NCBI GenBank assembly: GCA_902795345.1
Contig: CADBKO010000006.1
Span: forward strand, 5,577-69,576
DNA length: 64,000 nt
Direction of reading: 5' to 3'
Source: Oscillospiraceae bacterium
GTDB taxonomy: Bacteria > Bacillota > Clostridia > Oscillospirales > Oscillospiraceae
Positions 17,133 through 26,432 of the stretch are shown one piece after another. A program made the translations under genes and the position numbers. The stretch's first letter is position 1; every line of letters begins with the position of its first letter. The notes beneath the pieces were generated by a model that was not told the DNA's origin, made no database searches, and was given only the letters and a program-made list of their open reading frames with translations.

Positions 17133-19583
17133 TTACACCGAATGTTCCGCCCGGGAGATGATGTCGTTCTGCATCTCCGTGGTCATGTCCACGAAGTAGG
17201 CGGAGAAGCCGGCGATCCGCACCACCAGGTTGTGGTAATCCTCCGGGTTCTTCTGGGCCTTCCGCAGGGTGTCGGCGTCCACCACGTTGTACTGGATCTC
17301 CATGCCGCCCTGATCGAAATAGGTCCGGGTCATGTCCTCCAGCTTCCGGACGCCTTCATCCTCCTGGATGGAGGAAGGATGGATCTTCAGATTCAGGGCC
17401 ATGCCGTCCAGGTAATGGCCGTGGTCGAAGTTCACCGCCGACTCAAAGACGGAGGTGGGCCCGCAGACATCCCGGCCCTGGGCGGGACTGCAGGCATCCG
17501 CGATGGGATCGCCGGTCCTGCGCCCGTCGGGGGTGGCCCAGGTGATCTCGCCCTGCACCACATGGTCGCTGGCGCCGAAGGTGCCGCACTTGTAGGTGGT
17601 GCAGCGGCAGGTGGAGAAGGCGCGGGTGATGTTATAGTACAGGTCCATGACGTACTTCATCTCGGCGTCGGCATAGGGATCGTTGTTGCCGTAGTGGGGC
17701 ACCTCCCGCAGCACCCGCTGGCGGAGGGGCTCATGGCCTTTCCAGTCGTCCAGGATAGCCTGGAGGAACTCCCGGCCGGTGGCGATCTTCTTGTCGTAGA
17801 CGATGTACTTCAGGGCGGTCAGGCTGTCCGCCGTGGTGGCCAGGCCCGTGGCGGTGCCGCCGTAGGAATTGTACTTCGCGCCGCCCTCGGACACATCCTT
17901 GCCGGACTCCATGCAGCCCTCCGTGGAGATGGACAGGTTGGGGAAGGGGAAAAGGCGGGGATATTCGTGCTCCGTCAGGTTGTTCAGGGAGGCGCTCCAG
18001 GTGAGCATCCAGCGGCAGATCTTCTCGAAGGCAGCCCGGACGTCGTCCATGGTCTCCATATCGTAGAGATAGCCGGAGCGGACCTTGGCCGGGCACTGGG
18101 CCCCGTTGATGGGGTTGATGCCGTTGTTGATGGCCATGACCAGGGCGATGGCCCAGAAGATGCCGTTATGTCCCATGGCGGAGCCGTTGGGCGCGGGATA
18201 ATCGTTGCCGAAGCCGGTGATCTCCTGGCAGCCGATGAAGGCGAAGTTGCGGGCGTCCTCCAGGGAGAAGCCCACCTCCTTCATCAGGGCGGGGATGATG
18301 ATGTCGTCGTTCTGCAGCAGGGGCAGGCCGCCCACGCGCTTGGAGGCCGCCATGGCGCAGTCCCACATCTCCCGGGGGGTGCCCTTGGTGATGCGCAGGG
18401 AGATGGTGGGGTCGTGGAGGTCCAGCCGGGCCAGGGTCTCCAGCACCATGTAGCTCACCGGGTTCACCGCGTCCTCCCCGGTCTTGGGGTCGGTGCCGCC
18501 GATGGTGGTATGCTGGAAGGAGTTGCCGATGCCGGCGGTCTGGGCCGTCTTGCCGAAGCTGCCGCCATAGAAGGTGTTGATTTTCAGGAAGAAGCCGTCC
18601 ACCAGCTCCTGGGCCTCCTCCAGGCTGATGCGCCCGGCCTCCAGGTCCGCCTTCAGGTAGGGCCAGGTATACTGGTCGAAGCGGCCCAGGCTGATGACGC
18701 CGGGGTCGTTGTCCGACTTCAGGAACACGTCGTACATCAGGGCCATCTGGCAGGCCTCCCAGAAGGTGCGGGGGGTCTCCGTGGCGATGTGGTCCAGGCT
18801 CTCGGCCCGGCTGAGGAATTCCGCCTTCTTGGCGGGATCCTTGGCCTCCGAAGCCAGCTTGCGGGACAGGTCGGCATAGCGGCGGGTGAGGGTGATGGCC
18901 CCGTCGCAGGCCACGGTGGCGGCCTTGTAGAACATATACTTGCCGATGTCGTCCCCCATGATATTGCCTTCATGCTCATCCAGCCAATCCTGGGCCTTCT
19001 TCCGGATGGCCCCGTAGCCCTGGCGCAGGATATTCTGGTAGCCGGGGGTCAGGTGTCCGGGGGGCAGATAGATGGGCCAGCCGCCGATCTTCCCGGAGGG
19101 GTTGGCCTGGAGCACGAACAGCTCCTGCACGCCGTCGGGCAGCCAGTCCTGGGCCTCGAAGCCTCCCTCCAGCTCCGCCCTGGCCTTGGACAGCTCCCGG
19201 AGCTCCTTCACATCCTCGGGGGCGATGGCCAGCCTCTGGTGGGAGTAGAGCGGGTCGTCGTCCGGCGCATGGTGCAGCCCGTCGGCCTGGATGGGCCAGG
19301 TGTTCTCGATGTCCACGCTGAGCCAGGCGGAGCCGCCCGCGCCGCCCCAGCCCTTGTTGCCCAGGCCGCCGAAGAAATACTCGTCCTCATGGAGGTTCAG
19401 GGGCATGCGCTCCAGGACATAGAGGGAGATATAGGGCTTCTGGAGCATGGGCGGGTATTTGAGATACTTTTTCTTCGCTTCCAGCTGCAGCCTCGTCTTC
19501 TCCGCGTCCGCCACGATCAGCCGGTCGCGGACCGCGTCGCGGAGCCGCGCGACACGCTCGGTATAGGGTTTGAAAGCATACAT
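17133..19583 (-). CDS. Glycyl radical enzyme (PFL-fold; Cys-x-Glu dehydratase/lyase-type), substrate unknown (GRE-1)
   Basis: Start moved to MYAFKPYTERV (ATG 19583, SD AAGGAAA). Glycyl-radical motif VVRIAGFSAYF lies near the C-terminus. The thiyl loop is FIGCQEITG. Also has ATPDGRRTGDPIADACSPAQGRD. Confidence 0.9.
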   Translation of the reverse strand: MYAFKPYTERVARLRDAVRDRLIVADAEKTRLQLEAKKKYLKYPPMLQKPYISLYVLERMPLNLHEDEYFFGGLGNKGWGGAGGSAWLSVDIENTWPIQADGLHHAPDDDPLYSHQRLAIAPEDVKELRELSKARAELEGGFEAQDWLPDGVQELFVLQANPSGKIGGWPIYLPPGHLTPGYQNILRQGYGAIRKKAQDWLDEHEGNIMGDDIGKYMFYKAATVACDGAITLTRRYADLSRKLASEAKDPAKKAEFLSRAESLDHIATETPRTFWEACQMALMYDVFLKSDNDPGVISLGRFDQYTWPYLKADLEAGRISLEEAQELVDGFFLKINTFYGGSFGKTAQTAGIGNSFQHTTIGGTDPKTGEDAVNPVSYMVLETLARLDLHDPTISLRITKGTPREMWDCAMAASKRVGGLPLLQNDDIIIPALMKEVGFSLEDARNFAFIGCQEITGFGNDYPAPNGSAMGHNGIFWAIALVMAINNGINPINGAQCPAKVRSGYLYDMETMDDVRAAFEKICRWMLTWSASLNNLTEHEYPRLFPFPNLSISTEGCMESGKDVSEGGAKYNSYGGTATGLATTADSLTALKYIVYDKKIATGREFLQAILDDWKGHEPLRQRVLREVPHYGNNDPYADAEMKYVMDLYYNITRAFSTCRCTTYKCGTFGASDHVVQGEITWATPDGRRTGDPIADACSPAQGRDVCGPTSVFESAVNFDHGHYLDGMALNLKIHPSSIQEDEGVRKLEDMTRTYFDQGGMEIQYNVVDADTLRKAQKNPEDYHNLVVRIAGFSAYFVDMTTEMQNDIISRAEHSV

Positions 19584-19861
19584 GGCGCATTTTCCTTTCT
19601 TATAGTCTGGTCCGCAGCTTTTGTCATGGGCGCAAGACATTTCCTGCCGGACCGATGCTCTTTAACCCGGATTTTATCACACAATATCCCCGGAAACAAT
19701 AGCGCCTTTTCCCCTCCCCTTTCCATGTTTTTCACTTTTTTGCTTCAACCGCCCTTCGTGACCTTGCCAAAGCCGCGCAAAGCTGTTACGATACGATTCA
19801 GAACGTGTTTTTCGCTTGCGGCAGGGCCCGCAGGCGTTACGGATAGAGAAGGTAGAGCAAT

Positions 19862-21274
19862 ATGACACAGAGACGAAAACGTTCCTCCCCCAAATGGCCC
19901 ATCGTCGTGCTCTTGCTCCTTCTGGCCGCGATCCTGGCCTGTCTGTTCCTGGGCCGCTGGCAGCTGCGCATCGACCTTCCGGGCGGCGCGGAGACGACGG
20001 TGGAATTTGGGCAGGAGCAGCCGGACCCCGGCGCAAAAGCCGTATTCGGAGAGGAGCGCTTCCTTCCCGTCCTCTTTTCCCCGAAGGTCAGGACCGAGGG
20101 CGCGGCGGATACCCGGCAGCTGGGGGACTATACCATCCGCTACCACGCCGATTTCCTCTGGTTCTCCGCCGACGCCCGGCGCCTCATCCATGTGGTGGAC
20201 AGGACTTCTCCGGTCATCACCCTGCGCCAGATCCCCGGGGCCTACACCCTGCCCGGCGCGGCCTATGAGGAGGAGGGCTTCTCCGCCGTGGACGAGGCCG
20301 ACGGGGACCTTACCTCCCTGGTGGAGCGACGGGAGAGCGACGGCGTCGTCTACTACCGGGTGGCGGACCATTCCGGCAACGTGGCCCAGGCCCAGCGGCA
20401 GATCGTCTACGACGACCCCGTGGCCCCCATCCTCACCCTGGCGGGGGGCAGCGAGCTCACCCTGGATTACGGCACGGCCTATGTGGAACCGGGCTACACC
20501 GCCATGGACAATGCCGACGGGGACCTCACCGCCTTCGTCATCGTCAGCGGCGCGGTGGACCCCGAGACGCCCGGCGTCTATGAGCTGCGCTACACCGTGG
20601 AGGACGGCTGGCACAACCGCACGGAGGCCGTGCGCACCGTCATCGTGGAACGCAAGCCCGCGGGCACCGTCTACCTGACCTTTGACGACGGCCCCAGCAA
20701 GCACACGGAGACCCTGCTGGAGATCCTGGACAAATACGACGTGAAGGTCACCTTCTTCGTGGTGAACTACGGCTACAACGACGTGATCGGCAAGGAATTC
20801 GCCGCCGGTCACAGCGTAGGCGTGCACAGCGCCACCCATGACTACCACACCATCTACGCCAGCGAGGAAGCCTATTTCGAGGACCTGCAGGCAATGAACG
20901 ACATCATCTACAAGCAGACCGGGCAGTATGCCGACATCATCCGCTTCCCCGGCGGCAGCTCCAACACCATCAGCAGCTTCAACCCCGGCATCATGACCCG
21001 TCTGACCCAGGCGGTGGTCGAGCGGGGCTACCAGTATTTCGACTGGAACGTGAGCAGCGAGGACGCCGGCGGCACCACCGACCCGGATGAAGTCTATCAG
21101 AATGTGATCGACGGCATCTCCCGCCGCCAGACCTCCGTCGTCCTCATGCACGACAGCAAGGGCTATACGGTGGAGGCGGTGGAGCGCATCCTGATCTGGT
21201 GCTTGGACAACGGCTACGAGCTGCGCCCCCTCACGAAGGACAGTCCCGCCGCCCACCACGGCGTAAGCAATTGA
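19862..21274 (+). CDS. Membrane-anchored polysaccharide deacetylase (NodB domain) with Ig-like repeats
   Basis: N-terminal TM helix (WPIVVLLLLLAAILACLFLG), two DUF5011/Ig-like repeats (...DGDLT...), and NodB motif VYLTFDDGPSKHT...HSATH. Confidence 0.85.
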   Translation: MTQRRKRSSPKWPIVVLLLLLAAILACLFLGRWQLRIDLPGGAETTVEFGQEQPDPGAKAVFGEERFLPVLFSPKVRTEGAADTRQLGDYTIRYHADFLWFSADARRLIHVVDRTSPVITLRQIPGAYTLPGAAYEEEGFSAVDEADGDLTSLVERRESDGVVYYRVADHSGNVAQAQRQIVYDDPVAPILTLAGGSELTLDYGTAYVEPGYTAMDNADGDLTAFVIVSGAVDPETPGVYELRYTVEDGWHNRTEAVRTVIVERKPAGTVYLTFDDGPSKHTETLLEILDKYDVKVTFFVVNYGYNDVIGKEFAAGHSVGVHSATHDYHTIYASEEAYFEDLQAMNDIIYKQTGQYADIIRFPGGSSNTISSFNPGIMTRLTQAVVERGYQYFDWNVSSEDAGGTTDPDEVYQNVIDGISRRQTSVVLMHDSKGYTVEAVERILIWCLDNGYELRPLTKDSPAAHHGVSN

Positions 21275-21302
21275 TCGAACAAATAATATGAGGAGAACGC
21301 AT

Positions 21303-23258
21303 ATGGAAAACGGAATGAAGTACGCACACATCCTCCAGCCCCTGCGCATCGGCAGCACAGTGTTCCGCAACCGCTTTTTCTCCGCCCCCACCGGGCTCTA
21401 TGATCTCACGCCGGACCGGGCTCCCACGGACGATTACATCGCCTATTTCGAGCGGAAGGCCAAGGGCGGCTGCGCCTCCGTGAACATCGGGGAGTGCAAC
21501 ATCGACGACGAGGGCATCGGCTCCCCCAACAGCTATGAGGTCCCCAATCTCTCCGAGCGCAAGTGGAACAAGGAGGCCCTGGGGAAGCTGGCGGACGCCA
21601 TCACCCGCAACGGGGCGGTGGCCACCATCGAGCTGCAAAAGACGGGCCGGATCAAGAGCGACGAGCCGGGGCGCAGGATGGTCCTCGGCCCCTGCGACGG
21701 CCCCCACCCCTACGACAGCCGGGTGAAATGCCGGGCCATGACGGAGGAGGAGATCCTCCACGTTATCGACACCTATGCCTCCGCCGCGGAATACGCCAAG
21801 GGCCGGGGCTTCGGCATGGTGATGGTCCACGCGGGCCACGGCTGGCTGCTGCATCAGTTCCACTGCCCCAACTCCAACCGGCGCACCGACAAATGGGGCG
21901 GGAGCCCGGAAAACCGATGCCGCTTCACCGTGGCCGTCATCGACGAGATCCACAAGCGCTGCGGGCGGGACTTCCCCGTGGAGGTGCGCATCAGCGGCAG
22001 CGAAGCCTTTGAGGGCGGCTACGGCATCGAGGAAGGCGTGGAGATCGCCAAGCAGCTGGACGGCCACGCGGACATCATCCACGTCTCCTGCGGCAACCTA
22101 TTCTCCCCCGGCACCGACTTCCACACCCATCCCGGCATCTTCCAGGAGGAAGCCATGAACGTGAAGTATGCCGCGGAGATCAAAAAGCATGTGAAGCACT
22201 CCTATGTGGCCACCATCGGCGCCCTCACCAGCCTGGACGTGCTGGAGGAGATCGTGGCCTCCGGCAAGGCGGACATCGTGGAGATGGCCCGGGGCCTCAT
22301 CTGCGACCCGGACCTGCCCATCAAGGCGAAATCCGGGCGGGAGAAGGAAGCGCGGAAGTGCCTGCGCTGCTTCAAGTGCGTGGGCCAGGACTACCAGGAC
22401 GGGCGGCTGTTCTGCGCCATCAACCCCGCCTCCGGCAAGGAGCGGGAGGCGGCCCGGGTCCCCCAGCCCCTGAGCCTCCGGAAGGTGCTTGTCGCCGGCG
22501 GCGGCATCGCCGGGATGCAGGCCGCCATCACCGCCAGGGGCATCGGCCATGAGGTCATCCTCTGCGAGAAGGGAAGCGAGCTGGGCGGCGTGCTCCTCTG
22601 TGAAAAAGACGTGCCCTTCAAGCAGCGGATCGGGGATTACATCGAGCGGCAGAAGTACATGCTGGAAAAGCTGGGGGTGGAGGTGCGCCTGAATACCCCT
22701 GTCACCCCGGAGCTCTGCGCGGAACTGAAGCCCGACGCCATCGTGGCCGCCCTGGGCGCTTCCACGGCCATGCCGCCCATCCCAGGTCTGGACGGCGAAA
22801 ACGTGAAGACCGCCGTGGAGGTCTTTGCCGATGCGAGCCTGGCCAAGGGCAGGAGCGTCATTTTGGGCGCGGGGACCACCGGCCTGGAGCTGGCCATCTA
22901 CCTGGCCTCCCTGGGTAAGGAGGTCCGCATCCTGGAGATGCGCAGCGCTTCCGAGGCCGCGGGCACGGCGGGGACCTATGCCTCCCAGCTACAAAAATAC
23001 GACATCAAGGTGGAATACGGCGTGAAGGCCGACGCCATCCTCCCCGACGGCGTGAAGGCCGTCGCAGACGGCGACGAGCGGTTCATCCCCTGCCAGACCG
23101 TGATCAACGCCCTGGGGATGAAGCCCCGCTGGGACGAGGCGGACGCGCTGAGGTTCTGCGCGGCGGAGTTCTACCAGATCGGGGACTGCCTCAAGGCCCG
23201 GAACCTTATGGCCACCACCAGCGAAGCCTGGACCGCAGCCCGGAATATCGGGTGCTGA
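21303..23258 (+). CDS. Enoate/2,4-dienoyl-CoA-reductase-like flavoprotein (OYE-type FMN domain, 4Fe-4S, FAD/NAD(P) domain)
   Basis: Start at MENGMKY (GAGGAG 6 nt upstream). Has an OYE-like N-terminus, a Cys cluster CLRCFKCVGQDYQDGRLFCAINP, and a Rossmann motif VLVAGGGIAGMQAA. Confidence 0.85.
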   Translation: MENGMKYAHILQPLRIGSTVFRNRFFSAPTGLYDLTPDRAPTDDYIAYFERKAKGGCASVNIGECNIDDEGIGSPNSYEVPNLSERKWNKEALGKLADAITRNGAVATIELQKTGRIKSDEPGRRMVLGPCDGPHPYDSRVKCRAMTEEEILHVIDTYASAAEYAKGRGFGMVMVHAGHGWLLHQFHCPNSNRRTDKWGGSPENRCRFTVAVIDEIHKRCGRDFPVEVRISGSEAFEGGYGIEEGVEIAKQLDGHADIIHVSCGNLFSPGTDFHTHPGIFQEEAMNVKYAAEIKKHVKHSYVATIGALTSLDVLEEIVASGKADIVEMARGLICDPDLPIKAKSGREKEARKCLRCFKCVGQDYQDGRLFCAINPASGKEREAARVPQPLSLRKVLVAGGGIAGMQAAITARGIGHEVILCEKGSELGGVLLCEKDVPFKQRIGDYIERQKYMLEKLGVEVRLNTPVTPELCAELKPDAIVAALGASTAMPPIPGLDGENVKTAVEVFADASLAKGRSVILGAGTTGLELAIYLASLGKEVRILEMRSASEAAGTAGTYASQLQKYDIKVEYGVKADAILPDGVKAVADGDERFIPCQTVINALGMKPRWDEADALRFCAAEFYQIGDCLKARNLMATTSEAWTAARNIGC

Positions 23259-23270
23259 ATAAGATCAAAT

Positions 23271-23304
23271 GAACAGGCGCGGCCGAGTGCGGCCGCGCCT
23301 GTTC
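23271..23304 (+). terminator. Hairpin terminator after the enoate-reductase-like gene
   Basis: gaacaggcgcggcc-gagtgc-ggccgcgcctgttc forms a 14-bp stem. The T-tract is weak. Confidence 0.55.
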
Positions 23305-23559
23305 GATTCAGACTGCAGACAAACCCACAGATTTTCATCGCCGGGAATTGTACAGAGAATCTGCGGGAGTTCGGGGAATTGCGGTCGCTACAATACAGAC
23401 GAAAAGGAAGTGTTTCGGAATTATCCGCTAACCGGAAAACCGTGTGCCTTATACTCTTTCCTGCAGATTCTTGAAAAAAACACAAGAAACTCTGCCATTC
23501 ACGCCAACCTTTTGGCCGTCGAACACACTATACAGGCGAATCGATTCGGAGAACAGGAC

Positions 23560-25182
23560 ATGAAAAAAGAAAAAGCGGACGCCGTCATCACGGCTTATCT
23601 CGAAAAAATCTACGGCTTTGCTGTGAAGAAGTCGTTTTCCCTGGCAGAGGCGGAAGAACTGGCTTCGGACATCGTCGAAGAGGTCTACACCTCGCTTCTG
23701 CGGCGGGATGAGATCTATAACGTCGAGGGTTATATCTGGCGCATCAGCGAACACACATGGGCGAAGTATGTCTCGCAGAAGAAAAAGCGCGTGGGTGTTT
23801 CTCTTGACGGGATAGAGATCCCCTATGAAGAAGACTTCCTTCCGGAGAACGCTGATAATGAGCTCATGAATCTTCGGCTCGCAATTGCCTACCTGACGGA
23901 GAACCGCCGACGGGCCGTGTATCTGTTCTATTACGAAAACAGATCCGTTCGGGACATCGCGCGAGCGCTCGCCATGCCCGAAGGGACGGTCAAATGGCAC
24001 CTGAACAAGGCGCGGAAAGAATTGAAGGAGGCATATCAGATGGAACGCAAAATCGGAAAGCTCGGCATAAATCCGGTCAAGGCTATTTCGTTCGGTCACA
24101 ACGGTGACCCCGGCAGCAACCGCGGCCCGGAGGACTATCTCGGCGACCGACTTGATCTCAACATCGTTTACAGCTGCTATTTCACGCCGCGGACGGTGGA
24201 GGAAATCGCGGATGAACTCGGCGTGACGCCCGCGTTTCTCGCGGAACGGATCGCAAAGCTCGAAGGAAACGGTTTCCTTGTCCGCGAAAAGGGGGACCGC
24301 TTCACCACCTACGTGAGATTCAGTCCCTTGACGTGTTCCGTCGAGCGCATCGACAAGCTGCGCGAAAAACAGCTGGAAGCGGCAGCGGTCCTCGCGGACG
24401 AATACCGGCCCATTGTCCGGGACGCGGTATCCGGACTCGGAGAGGTGTATCTTCCGACGGACAACCGGGAACTGCTTGAGAGGACGGTACTCCTGCACAA
24501 ACTCACCGGCACCTGCATCAAGGGCGTGGAACGCGATTTGTCCCGATACCGCATCAAAACAACGGCAGGCGGGGATTTCATTGCCTATATTGATCTGGAA
24601 AGCACCCGTACCGATTCGGATTATGACCCGAAAAACCCGCAAAAGAATTATTGGTGCTGCGGGACGATGGACCGCGGGTCTGGGAAATACCCCGTCAGCT
24701 CGTGGTCGCACGATACGTACTACACCACCCGCGCCGGTACCTGGGAGAACAACCTCACTTCGGACTACGAAGCGCTCTACGAATTCCTGACGGATCAGCT
24801 TTCCGACACCCCCGCCAACGCGGAAAAGCGGAAGAGGCTCCGTGATCGCGGCTTTGTCGACGACAGCGGAAAAGTCTGCGTCATGGTTGCGCGGAATGAA
24901 GTCAGGGATGAAATTGAGCGGATCCCTTCGGTCAGCGAGGATATCCTGCGCAGGTTTGCGGACGCCGCGCTGGAATACGCCATGACCGAGGCCCGTGACT
25001 ACCCGCCCCAGATGCAGGACCTGATCGTGTGCGATAATATGTATTCTTTCCTCGGTCCTACGGTCGCGCTCATGACCTGTGATCTGCTGTATGAGCGCGG
25101 CGTGTGGAAGCCCCTGACGGGGGCGGAGAAGGTCGCCGTTGATCTCATGGTGTTCAGTGACACCCTTCCTGCAAAAGACTGA
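23560..25182 (+). CDS. Sigma-70-family (ECF-like regions 2 and 4) protein with a ~400-aa C-terminal extension containing a winged-HTH-like segment
   Basis: Start moved to MKKEKADAVITAYLEKIYGF (ATG 23560). Region 4-like RRAVYLFYYENRSVRDIARALAMPEGTVKWHLNKARKELK. Later PRTVEEIADELGVTPAFLAERIAKLEGNGFLVREKG. No TM segment seen. Confidence 0.75.
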   Translation: MKKEKADAVITAYLEKIYGFAVKKSFSLAEAEELASDIVEEVYTSLLRRDEIYNVEGYIWRISEHTWAKYVSQKKKRVGVSLDGIEIPYEEDFLPENADNELMNLRLAIAYLTENRRRAVYLFYYENRSVRDIARALAMPEGTVKWHLNKARKELKEAYQMERKIGKLGINPVKAISFGHNGDPGSNRGPEDYLGDRLDLNIVYSCYFTPRTVEEIADELGVTPAFLAERIAKLEGNGFLVREKGDRFTTYVRFSPLTCSVERIDKLREKQLEAAAVLADEYRPIVRDAVSGLGEVYLPTDNRELLERTVLLHKLTGTCIKGVERDLSRYRIKTTAGGDFIAYIDLESTRTDSDYDPKNPQKNYWCCGTMDRGSGKYPVSSWSHDTYYTTRAGTWENNLTSDYEALYEFLTDQLSDTPANAEKRKRLRDRGFVDDSGKVCVMVARNEVRDEIERIPSVSEDILRRFADAALEYAMTEARDYPPQMQDLIVCDNMYSFLGPTVALMTCDLLYERGVWKPLTGAEKVAVDLMVFSDTLPAKD

Positions 25183-25235
25183 CCGACCGTGCTTGAACGG
25201 GCGAAAATCAACCGTCGGTTTTTTGGAGAATAGAG

Positions 25236-25278
25236 CAGGAGGCGCTTCCTTGCGAAGCGCCTCCTGAGTTTTCTTTTT
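25236..25278 (+). terminator. Intrinsic terminator after the sigma-family gene
   Basis: caggaggcgcttc-cttgc-gaagcgcctcctg followed by agttttcttttt. Confidence 0.8.
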
Positions 25279-25292
25279 CCGTTCCGATAGCT

Positions 25293-26297
25293 TCAGCCCT
25301 CGTATTTGATGCCGCTGACTTCGACGCCGAACTTTTTGCGCAGGTCGGCCAGGGTCTCCGGCTTTTCCAGCCGCTGGGGGTCGTAGGTGCGGATGGCTTC
25401 GTAGTCCTGGAGGAAGGCGAACCACTGGGGCTTGCCGCCCATGTCGTAGATCTCGCTGTCCTCCAGCACCTTCAGGCTGTGGGGGGCGAAGCGGGGGATA
25501 TTCACGATGCAGCCTTCCTTGGCGATATGCTTCTCCCCGTAGACGGTGAATTCCGCCAGGCCGTGGCGCACATAATAGAGCTCCCGCTCCCGGGGATAGG
25601 GATTCCAGCTGACGGCGGCCCCCTTTTTCAGTCGGGCGCAGATCATCTCGTTGACCCCCGCGTTCTCCCAGCGGGTGGTGATGACCCCCACGGTGCAGCC
25701 GGGGAACTCATAGGAGGCGTAGGGCCGGTCCGGGTTCTTCACCGCCCGCACCTCCTCCGTGGGCACTTCCTTGTACACCGGGCGCTCCCGCATGATCATG
25801 TCCATGCCGCCCACCTCGGCGCGCACCTTCTGGAATTCCGGGTCGGCGGCGGCTTCGGGCATCTTGTCCTTGAGGTGCTGGGCGATCTCCGCAAAGTCCA
25901 GGGAATTCAGGTCGTGGAAGAAGCCGCGGTACTTCACGTCCTCCATGAAGGCCATGCCGTGCTGCTGATAGGGCTGGAGCTGGATGATGTCGCCGGGGAG
26001 GACCTTGCATTTGCGCCCGTCCACATAGAGATACATCCAGCCGCTGTCCACAAAGAAGGTCTCAAAGCCGTTTTTGTGGGCGTGGCTGAAGGCGGAAGCC
26101 TCGTCCGCCGTCTGCTCCGGGCGCTTGGCGCACATGATGGAATCGGTGACGGAATACTCCCGGTGTGGGCCCTCCGCCATGAGGATGGTGGACTGGTATT
26201 CCCCCACATATCCGTCCGGCGCTTCTTGTTTCCAGGGGATGAGCCAGCTGGAGTCGTGGTCGTTCAGGTCGATGACGATTCTCTTTTCCAGGATCAT
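25293..26297 (-). CDS. Bicupin-like protein, unknown function
   Basis: Start moved to MILEKRIV (ATG 26297, AAGGAG 7 nt upstream). Two cupin-like barrels (...HAHKNGFETFFVDSGWMYLYVDG... and ...YYVRHGLAEFTVYGEKH...). Confidence 0.6.
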   Translation of the reverse strand: MILEKRIVIDLNDHDSSWLIPWKQEAPDGYVGEYQSTILMAEGPHREYSVTDSIMCAKRPEQTADEASAFSHAHKNGFETFFVDSGWMYLYVDGRKCKVLPGDIIQLQPYQQHGMAFMEDVKYRGFFHDLNSLDFAEIAQHLKDKMPEAAADPEFQKVRAEVGGMDMIMRERPVYKEVPTEEVRAVKNPDRPYASYEFPGCTVGVITTRWENAGVNEMICARLKKGAAVSWNPYPRERELYYVRHGLAEFTVYGEKHIAKEGCIVNIPRFAPHSLKVLEDSEIYDMGGKPQWFAFLQDYEAIRTYDPQRLEKPETLADLRKKFGVEVSGIKYEG

Positions 26298-26432
26298 GTC
26301 TTTTCTCCTTTCAGACGGCAAGCGGTTTTTTCTCCTGTATGTCCATTATACGGAACTCTGTCCCGGTTTTTCAACTGTAAACTTGTGAGATGGGGGCAAC
26401 TGTGCTACAATTGAAAAAAGGAGATGAAGCCC

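Noticed and set aside
17142-19865. 907-aa plus-strand ORF opposite GRE-1. Similar giants lie opposite other genes: 34409-37093, 40017-42392, 42182-45241, 47279-49024, 49465-52023, 58474-60246 and 60951-63050.
   Set aside because: All lie exactly antisense to or off-frame from genes with clear family motifs, span several unrelated genes, and have low-complexity G/A/R/P/V-rich translations. I treat them as GC-driven shadow ORFs, not as overlapping genes.
23449-25425. 658-aa antisense ORF across the lower-GC sigma-family gene
   Set aside because: It is surprising in an AT-richer stretch. However, it has no SD and no recognisable domain, it runs through a terminator hairpin and into the neighbouring cupin gene, and it has the usual R/V/F/G-rich shadow composition. 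The sense strand has clear sigma regions 2 and 4.
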